A stretch of DNA of 63,369 bases, filler included, from a bacterium (GTDB lineage Bacteria; JBBIVP01): the NCBI GenBank assembly GCA_037439705.1. It is 11 parts of 11 records of this genome, joined end to end, with 100 filler letters (N's around TTAATTAATTAA, not from the genome) between each part and the next. Parts side by side here need not be neighbours in the genome. Positions count along the whole stretch, not along the records: positions 5,921 to 11,726 come from JBBIVP010000138.1; positions 11,827 to 17,565 come from JBBIVP010000139.1; positions 17,666 to 23,402 come from JBBIVP010000140.1; 8 more parts are not named here. One strand, 5' to 3'. The notes under the pieces were generated by a model. It searched no databases and was not told the origin of the DNA. It was given only the letters and a program-made list of their open reading frames with translations. A program made the translations under genes and the position numbers. Below, piece by piece: positions 10,678 to 20,255 of the stretch (positions within the stretch are counted from its first letter, which is position 1; each line of letters opens with the position of its first letter).

Positions 10678-11426
10678 TGGAAGCAGTTGTTTTTGAAAAT
10701 GTAGTAAAGAGGTTCAGGAAGTATTTTTTAAAGAGGCAGTATACCACCTTAAAATCTGTATTCATTAATTTTCTGTTAAAAAGGAAAGAAAAAACCCTGA
10801 GTTCATATATATATGCCATCAACGGATTAAGCTTTTCTGTTATGAAAGGCGAAACCTTCGGGATAATTGGAAGAAACGGGTCCGGTAAAAGCACAATTCT
10901 AAAACTCATTGCCGGAATATATCGTCCCGATTCAGGAAAGATAAGTGTCAACGGAAGGATTTCAGCCCTCATAGAGCTCGGAGCAGGATTTCATCCCGAT
11001 TTTACAGGAAGGGAGAACATCATAATAAACGGAATGATAATGGGTTTGAGCAAGAATGAAATAAAGAATAGATTTGATGATATAGTTTCCTTTGCTGAAA
11101 TAGGGGAATTCATTGATATGCCTGTAAGAACCTACTCATCTGGAATGTATATGAGGCTCGCCTTCTCAATCGCTGTTAATGTGGAGCCTGAAATTTTCCT
11201 TGTTGATGAAGTTCTCGCTGTTGGGGATGAAGGATTTGTGAAAAAATGCCTTTCAAAAATGGAAGGATTCAAGAGAGCTGGGAAGACGATAATATTTGTC
11301 AGCCACGACCTATCAATGGTTGAAAGGTTCTGCTCAAGGGTTTTATGGATAGAAAATGGAAAACCTGTTCTTATGGGGGAACCATCCTTTGTTGTCAATG
11401 AATACAAAAAAAGCTTTCAGGGGTAG
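10674..11426 (+). CDS. Wzt/TagH-type polysaccharide export ATP-binding protein (no C-terminal carbohydrate-binding domain)
   Basis: GRNGSGKST, YSSGMYMRLAF, DEVLAVGD, VSHD. Confidence 0.92.
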   Translation: MMEAVVFENVVKRFRKYFLKRQYTTLKSVFINFLLKRKEKTLSSYIYAINGLSFSVMKGETFGIIGRNGSGKSTILKLIAGIYRPDSGKISVNGRISALIELGAGFHPDFTGRENIIINGMIMGLSKNEIKNRFDDIVSFAEIGEFIDMPVRTYSSGMYMRLAFSIAVNVEPEIFLVDEVLAVGDEGFVKKCLSKMEGFKRAGKTIIFVSHDLSMVERFCSRVLWIENGKPVLMGEPSFVVNEYKKSFQG

Positions 11427-11546
11427 CCTACACATACATTGTTACCACTCCGGGTATTCCCCATTTTTATTTTCTTATCTTTTTTTAGCGAAAGGGATGT
11501 CTTTAACCCTCTTCAACCTATTCACAATGTGTAGGTGCTTCTACAG
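11423..11546. repeat. imperfect inverted pair of family-A-like end motifs
   Basis: CCTACACATACATTGT near 11427-11442 and ACAATGTGTAGG near 11524-11535. Confidence 0.45.
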
Positions 11547-11588
11547 TAAAGACTTGCTCAATGTTAAGAGTTTTGCTATTATAATAAT

Positions 11589-11726
11589 ATGAACGAGAGG
11601 AAGTATTTAACAAGAGATGAGTTTTTCGCATTTCTTGAGGAGGATAGAAGGAAGTGGGAGGAAAATCAGAGAAAATGGGAGGAAAATCAGAAGGTCATAA
11701 ACAGGATGCTTGCACATCTCACAAAG
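11589..11726 (+). CDS. N-terminal fragment of a heptad-repeat coiled-coil protein (DUF3782/PD-(D/E)XK-associated type)
   Basis: RKWEENQRKWEENQK repeats from 21-bp tandem units; cut by contig end; family assignment from memory of similar N-termini. Confidence 0.5.
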
Positions 11727-11826
11727 NNNNNNNNNNNNNNNNNNNNNNNNNNNNNNNNNNNNNNNNNNNNTTAATTAATTAANNNNNNNNNNNNNNNNNN
11801 NNNNNNNNNNNNNNNNNNNNNNNNNN
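11727..11826. other. artificial contig linker
   Basis: N44-TTAATTAATTAA-N44. Confidence 0.98.
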
Positions 11827-12753
11827 GGAAAATTATACGCTTCGGGTTCTAAAGACGCACCTTCCTGCAAAACATGTCATGGAACTCACGGGGTTACAAA
11901 ATTAACTAAGTTGATGAGTTCAGAAATCTGCTTCAATTGTCATTCAGACAGAAAAGTTGAAGAAAAATACAATCTTCCAGGGATTGAATTCATACAGGCA
12001 TATAAAAATAGTATCCATGGAAAGGCTGTTTATAATCTTGGAGTGTTAAAAGCACCGGTATGCAGTGACTGTCATAATTCCCATCTTGTGTTACCTCCTG
12101 ATGACCCATTATCAATTATTAATAAGAAAAATATTCCATTATTATGTGGTAAATGTCATTTATCCGAAAAGGAGGACTATCTTAACAGTATTCACGGAAC
12201 TGCAATTCAAAAAAATATTAAAGAAGCACCGGTTTGTACCGATTGCCACGGAGAGCATACAATTTCAATTGTAACTGACCCTGATTCTAAGGTTTCACCA
12301 AAAAATTTGCCTTATACATGTTCAAAGTGTCATGACGATGTTGTGCTTGTAGAAAAATTTGGATTCAAATCAAGACGCTTCACCTCATATCTGAATACAT
12401 TCCACGGTGTGGCAAATGTTTATGGTTCTACCACCGCTGCCAATTGTGCTTCCTGTCATGGGTATCATTCTATTCTACCTTCTTCTGATCCGCGTTCTTC
12501 CATACATCCTGATAATATTCCAAAGACATGCGGTAAATGTCATCCGGGGGCTGGAATTAATTTTGCAAAGGGACCGGTTCATGTTGAAGCAACTCCAGAT
12601 GTTTCAAAACCTGCATACTATGTAAGCACCTTTTATACATGGTTTATCGGAATATTGTGCGTGATGTTCTTCATCCACATAATAATTGATTATGCAAGTT
12701 ACAGAAAAAAGAAAAAATCCTTTATAAGGGAGAGAATAGATGGAAGACAATAA
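11827..12753 (+). CDS. multiheme cytochrome c with C-terminal TM anchor (5' truncated; at least 8 CXXCH)
   Basis: Frame open from contig start, adding CKTCH; then CFNCH, CSDCH, CGKCH, CTDCH, CSKCH, CASCH, CGKCH. Confidence 0.93.
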   Translation, partial: GKLYASGSKDAPSCKTCHGTHGVTKLTKLMSSEICFNCHSDRKVEEKYNLPGIEFIQAYKNSIHGKAVYNLGVLKAPVCSDCHNSHLVLPPDDPLSIINKKNIPLLCGKCHLSEKEDYLNSIHGTAIQKNIKEAPVCTDCHGEHTISIVTDPDSKVSPKNLPYTCSKCHDDVVLVEKFGFKSRRFTSYLNTFHGVANVYGSTTAANCASCHGYHSILPSSDPRSSIHPDNIPKTCGKCHPGAGINFAKGPVHVEATPDVSKPAYYVSTFYTWFIGILCVMFFIHIIIDYASYRKKKKSFIRERIDGRQ

Positions 12754-13435
12754 AAATAAAAACGAAGAGTTTGTTGAAAGAATGAATCTTAACCTCAGGA
12801 TTCAACACATAATATTGTTTCTTTCCCTTATAATTCTTGCAATTTCTGGACTCGCTCTGTATTTTCATGACACATGGTTTGGAAGATTTTTAATCCAACT
12901 TGAGGGAGGAATTGAAGCAAGGGGAAAAATTCACAGGTTTTCAGCAATTGTTCTCATTATTTTAAGTATATACCATGTAATTTATATTGTCTTCTCCGAG
13001 GAAGGACACAGCGAATTTTCTAAGCTTCTCGTCCGCCTGCAGGACTTTAAAGATTTTCTAACTGACATTCTTTACACTCTGAATATATCTCCAAATCATG
13101 CTGAGTTTGAAAAATACAGTTACAGAGAAAAGTTTCAGTACTGGGGTGTAGGTGTGGGAGTGATAATAATGATTTTTACCGGATTAATTCTCTGGTTTCA
13201 GGATATTGCTATGGCTGTCTTGCCAAAATGGTGTATTGACCTGACATTTGTAATTCATGGTGGTGCAGGACTTGTTATATTCTTTCTCCTTTTTATCTGG
13301 CATCTTTATGATGTTCATTTATCGCCATTTAATTTTCCGATGAATTCGGTGTGGCTCACAGGAAAAATTTCTCTTGATAAACTTAGAAAAACTCATTACA
13401 AGGAATTTCTAAAAATCACTGGAGAAAGGAAGTGA
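12740..13435 (+). CDS. membrane cytochrome b (FdnI/HydC-like)
   Basis: 4 TM helices; RIQH, IHRFSA, EKFQYWG, WHLY histidines. Confidence 0.9.
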   Translation: MEDNKNKNEEFVERMNLNLRIQHIILFLSLIILAISGLALYFHDTWFGRFLIQLEGGIEARGKIHRFSAIVLIILSIYHVIYIVFSEEGHSEFSKLLVRLQDFKDFLTDILYTLNISPNHAEFEKYSYREKFQYWGVGVGVIIMIFTGLILWFQDIAMAVLPKWCIDLTFVIHGGAGLVIFFLLFIWHLYDVHLSPFNFPMNSVWLTGKISLDKLRKTHYKEFLKITGERK

Positions 13436-14496
13436 AATTTACTCATTTTCTTTTACTAATTCTAATACTTCTTATGCCATCCGGGTTGAATGCAACAATC
13501 TCTATACAAAAATGTATGATATGCCATGGTAAACCCGGGTTCAAGAAGGTTGAAGAAAGCGGTAAGATGAAGGAATTGTATGTAAATTTTTCAGTGCTTG
13601 AAAATTCAGTTCATAAAAAGAAGGTATGTACTGATTGTCATGCTGATGTTGTTGAAATTCCGCACAGACATACTCCGGAAAAGGTTAAGTGTATAAGATG
13701 TCATTATAAGGGTAATCCCGAAGGGGCTCCTCAATCAGACAAATATCTTGAATATCAGAAAAGTGTTCATGGAAGGGAGTCCGAAAAAGGCAATCCGAAA
13801 GCGCCAGTATGTCAGGAATGCCACGGAAATCACGATATCAGACATACAAAAGATGCCCTCTCAAGGGTTAGTAAGTTGAATGTACCCAAAACTTGTGGGC
13901 GCTGTCACATGGATATTTACGCACAGTATGTAAAAAGTATTCATGGTAAATCATTACTTGTTGAGCATAAGCAGGATGCACCAAGTTGCACTGATTGCCA
14001 TGGAGAGCATAACATTCTTGCTCCTGAAGAAAGTGAGTCCACGGTAAATCCTGTGAATGTTGTTAAAACATGTGCCCACTGTCATGAATCTGTGGATATC
14101 GTTGGCAAATATGGAATTGAAACAACTCAGGTTTCTCTTTATGAACACAGTTTTCACGGAATTGCGGTGAAGTATGGTTCAAAGAAAGTTGCAAATTGCG
14201 CATCCTGTCACGGGACCCATAATATTCTTCCTCCTGAAGACCCTGATTCTCCTGTAAACATAAACAATATACCTAAGACATGTGGAAAACCGGAATGCCA
14301 TCCCGGGGCTAATAAGAATTATGCTAAGGGAAAAATCCATGTAAATCCAAAGAGCAGGGAATCCGGGGTGATTTACTGGACGGGTTTGTTTTTCAAATAC
14401 CTTACTATACTTACTATGATGGCTCTTGTTATTCATATTCTTCTTGATTTGAACCGGAGGTCAAAGGAATGGCGGGAACAGAAGAAAAAACCGTAA
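13432..14496 (+). CDS. nonaheme cytochrome c with signal peptide and C-terminal TM anchor
   Basis: 8 CXXCH plus CGKPECH (CX4CH); clear paralogue of the 11827-12753 gene. Confidence 0.93.
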   Translation: MKFTHFLLLILILLMPSGLNATISIQKCMICHGKPGFKKVEESGKMKELYVNFSVLENSVHKKKVCTDCHADVVEIPHRHTPEKVKCIRCHYKGNPEGAPQSDKYLEYQKSVHGRESEKGNPKAPVCQECHGNHDIRHTKDALSRVSKLNVPKTCGRCHMDIYAQYVKSIHGKSLLVEHKQDAPSCTDCHGEHNILAPEESESTVNPVNVVKTCAHCHESVDIVGKYGIETTQVSLYEHSFHGIAVKYGSKKVANCASCHGTHNILPPEDPDSPVNINNIPKTCGKPECHPGANKNYAKGKIHVNPKSRESGVIYWTGLFFKYLTILTMMALVIHILLDLNRRSKEWREQKKKP

Positions 14497-15482
14497 AAAA
14501 GGTGTCTACAAAACCAGAAATTGAAGAGTCATTTCTGAACGAAATAAGGGAGGAGGTGATTGCCAGGATTCAGGAATTATTGATTAAGGATGAAAAAATA
14601 CCTGAAGACATAAAGGAAAAAGTCGTTCAAGAAATAAATGAAAAACTTCCTGAAATTGTTGCAAAGAGGGTGGAGGGAGTAAAAGAAGAAATCATAAAAG
14701 AATCAATAAACCTTGCTGTAACCTCCAGAAAAGAACTTCTTGCTTTGTACAGAAAAAAAGAAAAAGAGAAGGAAAAAGAAGAAATGTTCCAGCGTTTCAA
14801 CATTCATTTCCGTATACAGCACATGATTCTATTTACAAGCGTAATATTTTTAATTCTGACTGGACTCCCGCTCAAATTCCCTGGTTTTTCCCCGGTAGCG
14901 TTTCTCGTTGATGTTTTTGGAGGTATTGACAATACCAGGATTATTCACAGGATAGCCGCCTCACTACTTGTTCTATTTATGATTTATCATACTCTCTATA
15001 CAATATTTCATCACGAAGGAAGACGCGATTTTTGGCTCTTATTGCCGAGAATAAAAGATATAAAAGATGTAATTCAGAATCTAAAGTATTTCTTCGGAAT
15101 GACAGATGAAAAACCAAAATTCGGAAGATTCTCCTATGTTGAAAAGTTTGATTACTGGGCTGTTTACTGGGGTTGTGTAATAATGATTGGTTCAGGGATT
15201 TTGATGTGGTTTGAGGAGTTATCCTTAAAAATACTCCCGAAGTTTATTCTGGATGCAGCAAAGGAGGCACATAGCGATGAAGCACTTCTCGCCACGCTCG
15301 CAATTGTAATCTGGCACTTTTACAATGTCCATTTTAATCCTGATAAATTCCCTGGCAGTTTAACCTGGTTTCATGGAAAAATTACAAAAGAAGAGATGAT
15401 AGAACACCATCTTCTTGAGTATGAAGAGATAATGCGAAAAAGAAAACAGGTAACGGAGGAGAGATTAAATAACAATGGGTAA
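14469..15482 (+). CDS. membrane cytochrome b (FdnI-like) with a ~100-aa charged N-terminal extension
   Basis: RIQH, IHRIAA, EKFDYWAVYWG, AHSDEALLA, WHFY. Confidence 0.9.
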   Translation: MAGTEEKTVKKVSTKPEIEESFLNEIREEVIARIQELLIKDEKIPEDIKEKVVQEINEKLPEIVAKRVEGVKEEIIKESINLAVTSRKELLALYRKKEKEKEKEEMFQRFNIHFRIQHMILFTSVIFLILTGLPLKFPGFSPVAFLVDVFGGIDNTRIIHRIAASLLVLFMIYHTLYTIFHHEGRRDFWLLLPRIKDIKDVIQNLKYFFGMTDEKPKFGRFSYVEKFDYWAVYWGCVIMIGSGILMWFEELSLKILPKFILDAAKEAHSDEALLATLAIVIWHFYNVHFNPDKFPGSLTWFHGKITKEEMIEHHLLEYEEIMRKRKQVTEERLNNNG

Positions 15483-17490
15483 TCTTCGTGAAATACTGAA
15501 AAATTGGTGGAGAACCCGAAGAGATTTAACCCGTGGTTTGTTAATTGCGTTCTTGATTATTGCAGGACTATTCATTATAACCAATCTTACCTTTTTTGGC
15601 ACATCTTTTTTTCCATCTTTATGCAATGTATGCCACATTATGCGCCCCTATTATGAATCATGGAAAACATCATCTCACAATATGACTGGCTGTGTAAGAT
15701 GTCATCCCTTCAGACCCGGATTTATTACAACCGCGATATTGAAATATTTTACCGGTACTTATAATCCAAGACCCCATGCAATTATAGACGACTCATCATG
15801 TTTGAGGTCCGGCTGTCACAGTGAGCGACTCAAAAACGGAAAAACAACTTTTAAGGAAGGCATTATCTTTGACCACGACATTCATGTAAGCAAGACAAAA
15901 CGGGGTGAAAAATTAAGATGTGCAACCTGTCACTCCCAGATTGTTCAGGGTGAACATATTTCAGTAGATGAAAAGATCTGTTTTCTCTGCCACTTCAAAG
16001 GTGCTCAGAAGGGTCAATCAATTACTGGCTGTCCCTCCTGCCATGGTGTTCCTAAAAAAATTGTTGAACACGAGGGGTTCTCCTTCAGTCATGAATCGTA
16101 TCTTAAAATTGGCGTAGCCTGTAACCAGTGCCATATAGAGGTATCAGCCGGAGATGGAAAGGTGCCTGAAGAAAAATGTCACTTCTGCCATATACCAAGA
16201 AAGAAGGCAGAGGTTGATTTTGTTACACTGCATAGAATTCATGTTACAGAAAAGGAAATATATTGTTTCAATTGTCATGAAGAGATAAAGCACGGAGGAA
16301 TACGCCTTGTGCAACCCTTTGAAGTACGGTGCGAATCGTGTCACAAGAAAAAACATTCGCCACAGAAAGAACTTTACATGGGTGTAAGCGGAAAAGGCGT
16401 AAGAAATATACCGAGCAGGATGTTTGCTGCACAGGTAAGTTGTGATGGATGTCACACATATTCTAACGGCAGAGAGGAAAGATATAAATCAATTAAAAAT
16501 GCCTGCGTTAATTGTCACGGAAAAAAATACGACCTAATGCTGGATGACTGGAAGAGCGAAATAAATAACGCTCTTTATTATGTTAAAAATTTAATGAATG
16601 ATGCTGAAAAATTGCTTAAGAGCGATTTACTAAAAAAAGAAAAATATCAGGGTATAAGGGAATTACTTGAAGATAGTCTTTTCAATTACAATCTTGTAAA
16701 AACAGGGAAGGGGGAACACAATGTGGAATATGCGGTAAAGTTGCTATCAGCATCCATAGACCAGTACGAAATAGCAAAAAAATCAATAACGCCAGGATTT
16801 TCTATAACTAACAGACCCGATGTTTTAAAAGAGCCCGATGGATATTGTACAAGACTCTGTCACACTCGCCTTGGCCTCCCCGAGAAAAAATTCTTTGAAG
16901 AAATGCATATTGATTTTCCTCATCGTCTGCATGCTGAAGAAATGGGTCTCGGTTGTGCAACATGCCATTCTCCTGAAAAACACAAGATGAGAATCATAAC
17001 AAAAGACGGATGTATGGACTGTCATCATGGTGGAGATAGTTTCAATTGCAGGAAGTGTCATCCTTTTCAGACAGAATTGTTCAGGGGAGAATTTAAGGTG
17101 AAAAAAATAACCCCAGATGTAATGTTTAAAGCGGGGCTTAAATGCACTGATTGTCATAATTTTAAGGAAAAGATGCACACTGTAGAGACCATTAAAGATA
17201 AGTGTGTTGAATGTCACGAAAAGGGATACGATGAACTTTTGATTAAATGGGAAAAGGACCTTCTGCAGGCAGAGAGTGACCTTACACTTAAAGTGAGTGA
17301 ACTTAAAGAAAAGATAGAAACAAGCAAACTTCTTGGAAAACAATTGCCAAAAAATGCTGAGGAACAACTTAAGAAGGCTGAAATTATTCTAAAAGCAACG
17401 GGTGAAGGTAGAGGAGTGCACAATTATACAGAAAGTATAAAATTGTTGCAGGAAGCTGTAAAAGAGATTGAGGAAATTTTGAAAAAATAG
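15475..17490 (+). CDS. large membrane-anchored multiheme cytochrome c (NapC/NirT-like N-terminus; 16 CXXCH + CX4CH + CX3CH)
   Basis: N-terminal TM, CNVCHIM..YYESWKTSSH, motifs counted by hand. Confidence 0.92.
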   Translation: MGNLREILKNWWRTRRDLTRGLLIAFLIIAGLFIITNLTFFGTSFFPSLCNVCHIMRPYYESWKTSSHNMTGCVRCHPFRPGFITTAILKYFTGTYNPRPHAIIDDSSCLRSGCHSERLKNGKTTFKEGIIFDHDIHVSKTKRGEKLRCATCHSQIVQGEHISVDEKICFLCHFKGAQKGQSITGCPSCHGVPKKIVEHEGFSFSHESYLKIGVACNQCHIEVSAGDGKVPEEKCHFCHIPRKKAEVDFVTLHRIHVTEKEIYCFNCHEEIKHGGIRLVQPFEVRCESCHKKKHSPQKELYMGVSGKGVRNIPSRMFAAQVSCDGCHTYSNGREERYKSIKNACVNCHGKKYDLMLDDWKSEINNALYYVKNLMNDAEKLLKSDLLKKEKYQGIRELLEDSLFNYNLVKTGKGEHNVEYAVKLLSASIDQYEIAKKSITPGFSITNRPDVLKEPDGYCTRLCHTRLGLPEKKFFEEMHIDFPHRLHAEEMGLGCATCHSPEKHKMRIITKDGCMDCHHGGDSFNCRKCHPFQTELFRGEFKVKKITPDVMFKAGLKCTDCHNFKEKMHTVETIKDKCVECHEKGYDELLIKWEKDLLQAESDLTLKVSELKEKIETSKLLGKQLPKNAEEQLKKAEIILKATGEGRGVHNYTESIKLLQEAVKEIEEILKK

Positions 17491-17565
17491 TTTTGAAATC
17501 TCCTGAAAATTTTTACATCATTCTACTTACCCTGTGATAAAATATTTTTATAACCACCATGAGTA

Positions 17566-17665
17566 NNNNNNNNNNNNNNNNNNNNNNNNNNNNNNNNNNN
17601 NNNNNNNNNTTAATTAATTAANNNNNNNNNNNNNNNNNNNNNNNNNNNNNNNNNNNNNNNNNNNN
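17566..17665. other. artificial contig linker
   Basis: N44-TTAATTAATTAA-N44. Confidence 0.98.
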
Positions 17666-17836
17666 ATAGATAATGATGGAAAATTAGAGGTTGTCGTTGG
17701 GTCGGAGGATTACAAGGTATATGCCCTTTCAACAAATTCTCCAGTTCCATCTCCAGACCTTTTGCCCTGGCCAGAGTTCAAACACGATATAAAAAATACT
17801 GGATTTTACACAGGAAATCCAAATCCTCCTTGGTAA
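17666..17836 (+). CDS. C-terminal end of an FG-GAP-repeat protein (partial)
   Basis: Manual translation IDNDGKLEVVVGSEDYKVYAL...PWPEFKHDIKNTGFY...*. Confidence 0.7.
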   Translation: MDNDGKLEVVVGSEDYKVYALSTNSPVPSPDLLPWPEFKHDIKNTGFYTGNPNPPW

Positions 17837-17890
17837 AATAATTGGATGAAAAGAAAAACTTAACCTTTTAGAACCCTTTACCGAAATTTT

Positions 17891-19450
17891 TTATTTCTTT
17901 TTTGCGATGTGTCTCATCACAATCTGCTCTATTATTGAGATTATGTTATTTGAACACCAGTAAAGGACGAGCCCGGATGGGAAAGCCCAGAAAAGAATGG
18001 TGAGAAATACTGGCATAATTTTCATCATCCATCTTGTTACCTCTTCTCCTTCTCCTCCAGTCTGAGGGGAAAGCTTCTGCTGTAGATATGTTGTTATTCC
18101 GAGAAGGAGGGGAAGAATCCTTATTGAGAGCTCAAATCCTCCAATTCCTATTTTTCCTATGGAATCAGGAGAGGATAGGTCTTTTATCCATAAAAGGAAA
18201 GGAGCATGTCTAAGCTCAATGGCATTCATCAATACCTGATAGAGAGCGATGAAGACTGGAAACTGTATGAGAAGGGGAAGGCACCCGCTCAAAGGATTTA
18301 CCCTGTATGACCTATAAATGTTAAGAATTTCTCTCTGGAGCCTTTCCTTATCATCCGCGTATCTCTTTTTAGCGGATTCAATTAAAGGCTGGATGTCCTT
18401 CATTTTTTTCATAGCCCTGTACTGCATTCTTGTGAGCGGGAAGAAGAGGATTTTCACAATAATTACAACGAGGATTATGACAACTCCATAATTCGGGATG
18501 AACCTGTAAAAAAATTTGAGCATTTGAAGAATTGGTTTAGCAAGAAACTCAAACCATCCAAGGTCTATTGTTTTCTCAAGTCCCTTTTTAAGGGATTTGA
18601 GCTCCTTTTCAATTTTTGGTCCACAGTAAACAATAAAATCCAGATTTTCTTCTCCCCAGGGTGGTAGAACCATCTCTGGGGTTTTGAATGATAAAATATC
18701 CTTCTCCATTAAAGGATAAACATAACCGTTTATGAATGGTTGAGACAGGGGAATTATTCCTCCTATGAAATACTTCATATCATGAACAAACCATTCTGCC
18801 TCTCCTATCATTTCAGGGGATTTTACTTTATTTTTTGAGATAACTTTTTCTCTGACATATCCCTTAAATGATTCGTTATAAATCCTTGATGCGGAAAGAT
18901 GTGGGGAAGACCATATTATTTCCGCAGATAGCCTTTGAGGCTCTGAGGAGGAATTCTTAAAAATAATTGATAGCGCAAAGGAATAATCTTCTCCGAAGGT
19001 GAATTTTTTATAAACCTCTAAATTCTTAACGGTTCCTTTGAAAATCACCTCATTTTCCTTCTTTATTCCTTCAACCTCTGGCACAATGGGTTCGGTATTT
19101 CCATTTAAATATACAAAAAGCGTAAGGGGATAGGGAGGGGTTAGAGATTTTATGAGTTCAACCCTTGAACTTTCCTCATCAACCCTGAGTTTATATTCTT
19201 TGAGCTTTACCGAACTTAAACCTCCATCACCCGAAAGTTTTAAATTAAATTTTTCTGTTTCAACTTCTATTTCTTCTTTTGAAGGGATGAATGGAACCCT
19301 TTCCTGTTTAACGATTTCCTCTGGTTTTTCCTTTTTTTCAACCTGCGGGGGAATTTCTTTTTTGACAATATAAATCTGATAGAGATACAAAAATAGGATT
19401 GAAAGGAGAATGGCAAGAAATGCTCTTATTTCAATTGACCTGTCGTCCAT
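17891..19450 (-). CDS. yidC: membrane protein insertase YidC
   Basis: NYGVVII, NPLSGCLPLLIQFPVFIALY, WIKDLSSPD, PSGLVLYW; conserved rpmH-rnpA-yidD-yidC order. Confidence 0.96.
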   Translation of the reverse strand: MDDRSIEIRAFLAILLSILFLYLYQIYIVKKEIPPQVEKKEKPEEIVKQERVPFIPSKEEIEVETEKFNLKLSGDGGLSSVKLKEYKLRVDEESSRVELIKSLTPPYPLTLFVYLNGNTEPIVPEVEGIKKENEVIFKGTVKNLEVYKKFTFGEDYSFALSIIFKNSSSEPQRLSAEIIWSSPHLSASRIYNESFKGYVREKVISKNKVKSPEMIGEAEWFVHDMKYFIGGIIPLSQPFINGYVYPLMEKDILSFKTPEMVLPPWGEENLDFIVYCGPKIEKELKSLKKGLEKTIDLGWFEFLAKPILQMLKFFYRFIPNYGVVIILVVIIVKILFFPLTRMQYRAMKKMKDIQPLIESAKKRYADDKERLQREILNIYRSYRVNPLSGCLPLLIQFPVFIALYQVLMNAIELRHAPFLLWIKDLSSPDSIGKIGIGGFELSIRILPLLLGITTYLQQKLSPQTGGEGEEVTRWMMKIMPVFLTILFWAFPSGLVLYWCSNNIISIIEQIVMRHIAKKK

Positions 19451-19659
19451 CAGGGAACAGGGTCATAACCGCCTGGATGAAATGGATGGCATTTGAGAAT
19501 CCTTTTGAATGAGAGAAATACGCCCTTGAAAGCGCCATACTTTGTGATTGCCTCTTCAGCGTAATGAGAGCATGATGGATAGAACCTGCACTTTTTTCCA
19601 AAAGCCGGAGAAAAAAACCTGTAAATTCTTATGAGGAAAATGAAAAATTCTTTAAGCAT
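19450..19659 (-). CDS. yidD: membrane protein insertion efficiency factor YidD
   Basis: [27 protein letters not shown]. Confidence 0.96.
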   Translation of the reverse strand: MLKEFFIFLIRIYRFFSPAFGKKCRFYPSCSHYAEEAITKYGAFKGVFLSFKRILKCHPFHPGGYDPVP

Positions 19660-19987
19660 TTTTTATTGCCTCAAGAAATTTGTTTCTGGTTTCCTCAAAA
19701 TTTATTCCCTTTGCCTCTCCTCTGTAAACCACTACAATATCGGAAAGGGGAAGTTCGTGCTTATTAAGGCGAAAAATTTCTCTGAAAATCCTTTTCACCC
19801 TGTTTCTGTGAACAGGTTTTCCGCTTTTTTTTGAGATGGAGATTCCAAAACGGGTTCTTCCAGTTTCTTTTTTCAAAACATACATCGTCCACTTTCCTTC
19901 TTCTATTGCTTTTCCTTCCTTTATCACCCGCTGGAAGTCCTCTCTTTTTGTTATCCTTTCCTCACGGGAAAATCCATACTTTTTCAT
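19652..19987 (-). CDS. rnpA: ribonuclease P protein component
   Basis: RFGISISKK and [10 protein letters not shown] (RNR motif); synteny. Confidence 0.93.
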   Translation of the reverse strand: MKKYGFSREERITKREDFQRVIKEGKAIEEGKWTMYVLKKETGRTRFGISISKKSGKPVHRNRVKRIFREIFRLNKHELPLSDIVVVYRGEAKGINFEETRNKFLEAIKNA

Positions 19988-20137
19988 CTACTTTTTGTAT
20001 GTGGTTACTGCCAATCTCTTTCTTCCAGCCTTTCTCCTTCTTTTCAGAACCTTTCTACCTCCCTTTGTTTTCATCCTTGCTCTGAACCCGTGAGTCCTTC
20101 TCCTTTTGATATTATGTGGTTGATATGTTCTTTTCAT
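19988..20137 (-). CDS. rpmH: 50S ribosomal protein L34 (below ORF-track cutoff)
   Basis: Manual translation [49 protein letters not shown]. Confidence 0.97.
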   Translation of the reverse strand: MKRTYQPHNIKRRRTHGFRARMKTKGGRKVLKRRRKAGRKRLAVTTYKK

Positions 20138-20255
20138 TTTTAACTCCTTTTAACTATGATTGAATAAATTACATCAATTACTCTTTTATGTCAAATGGGG
20201 TTTAGATTTCAAGGCTTTTCTTGAGATAAAGAGGTTTTTTTGATATTTTTTCCTT

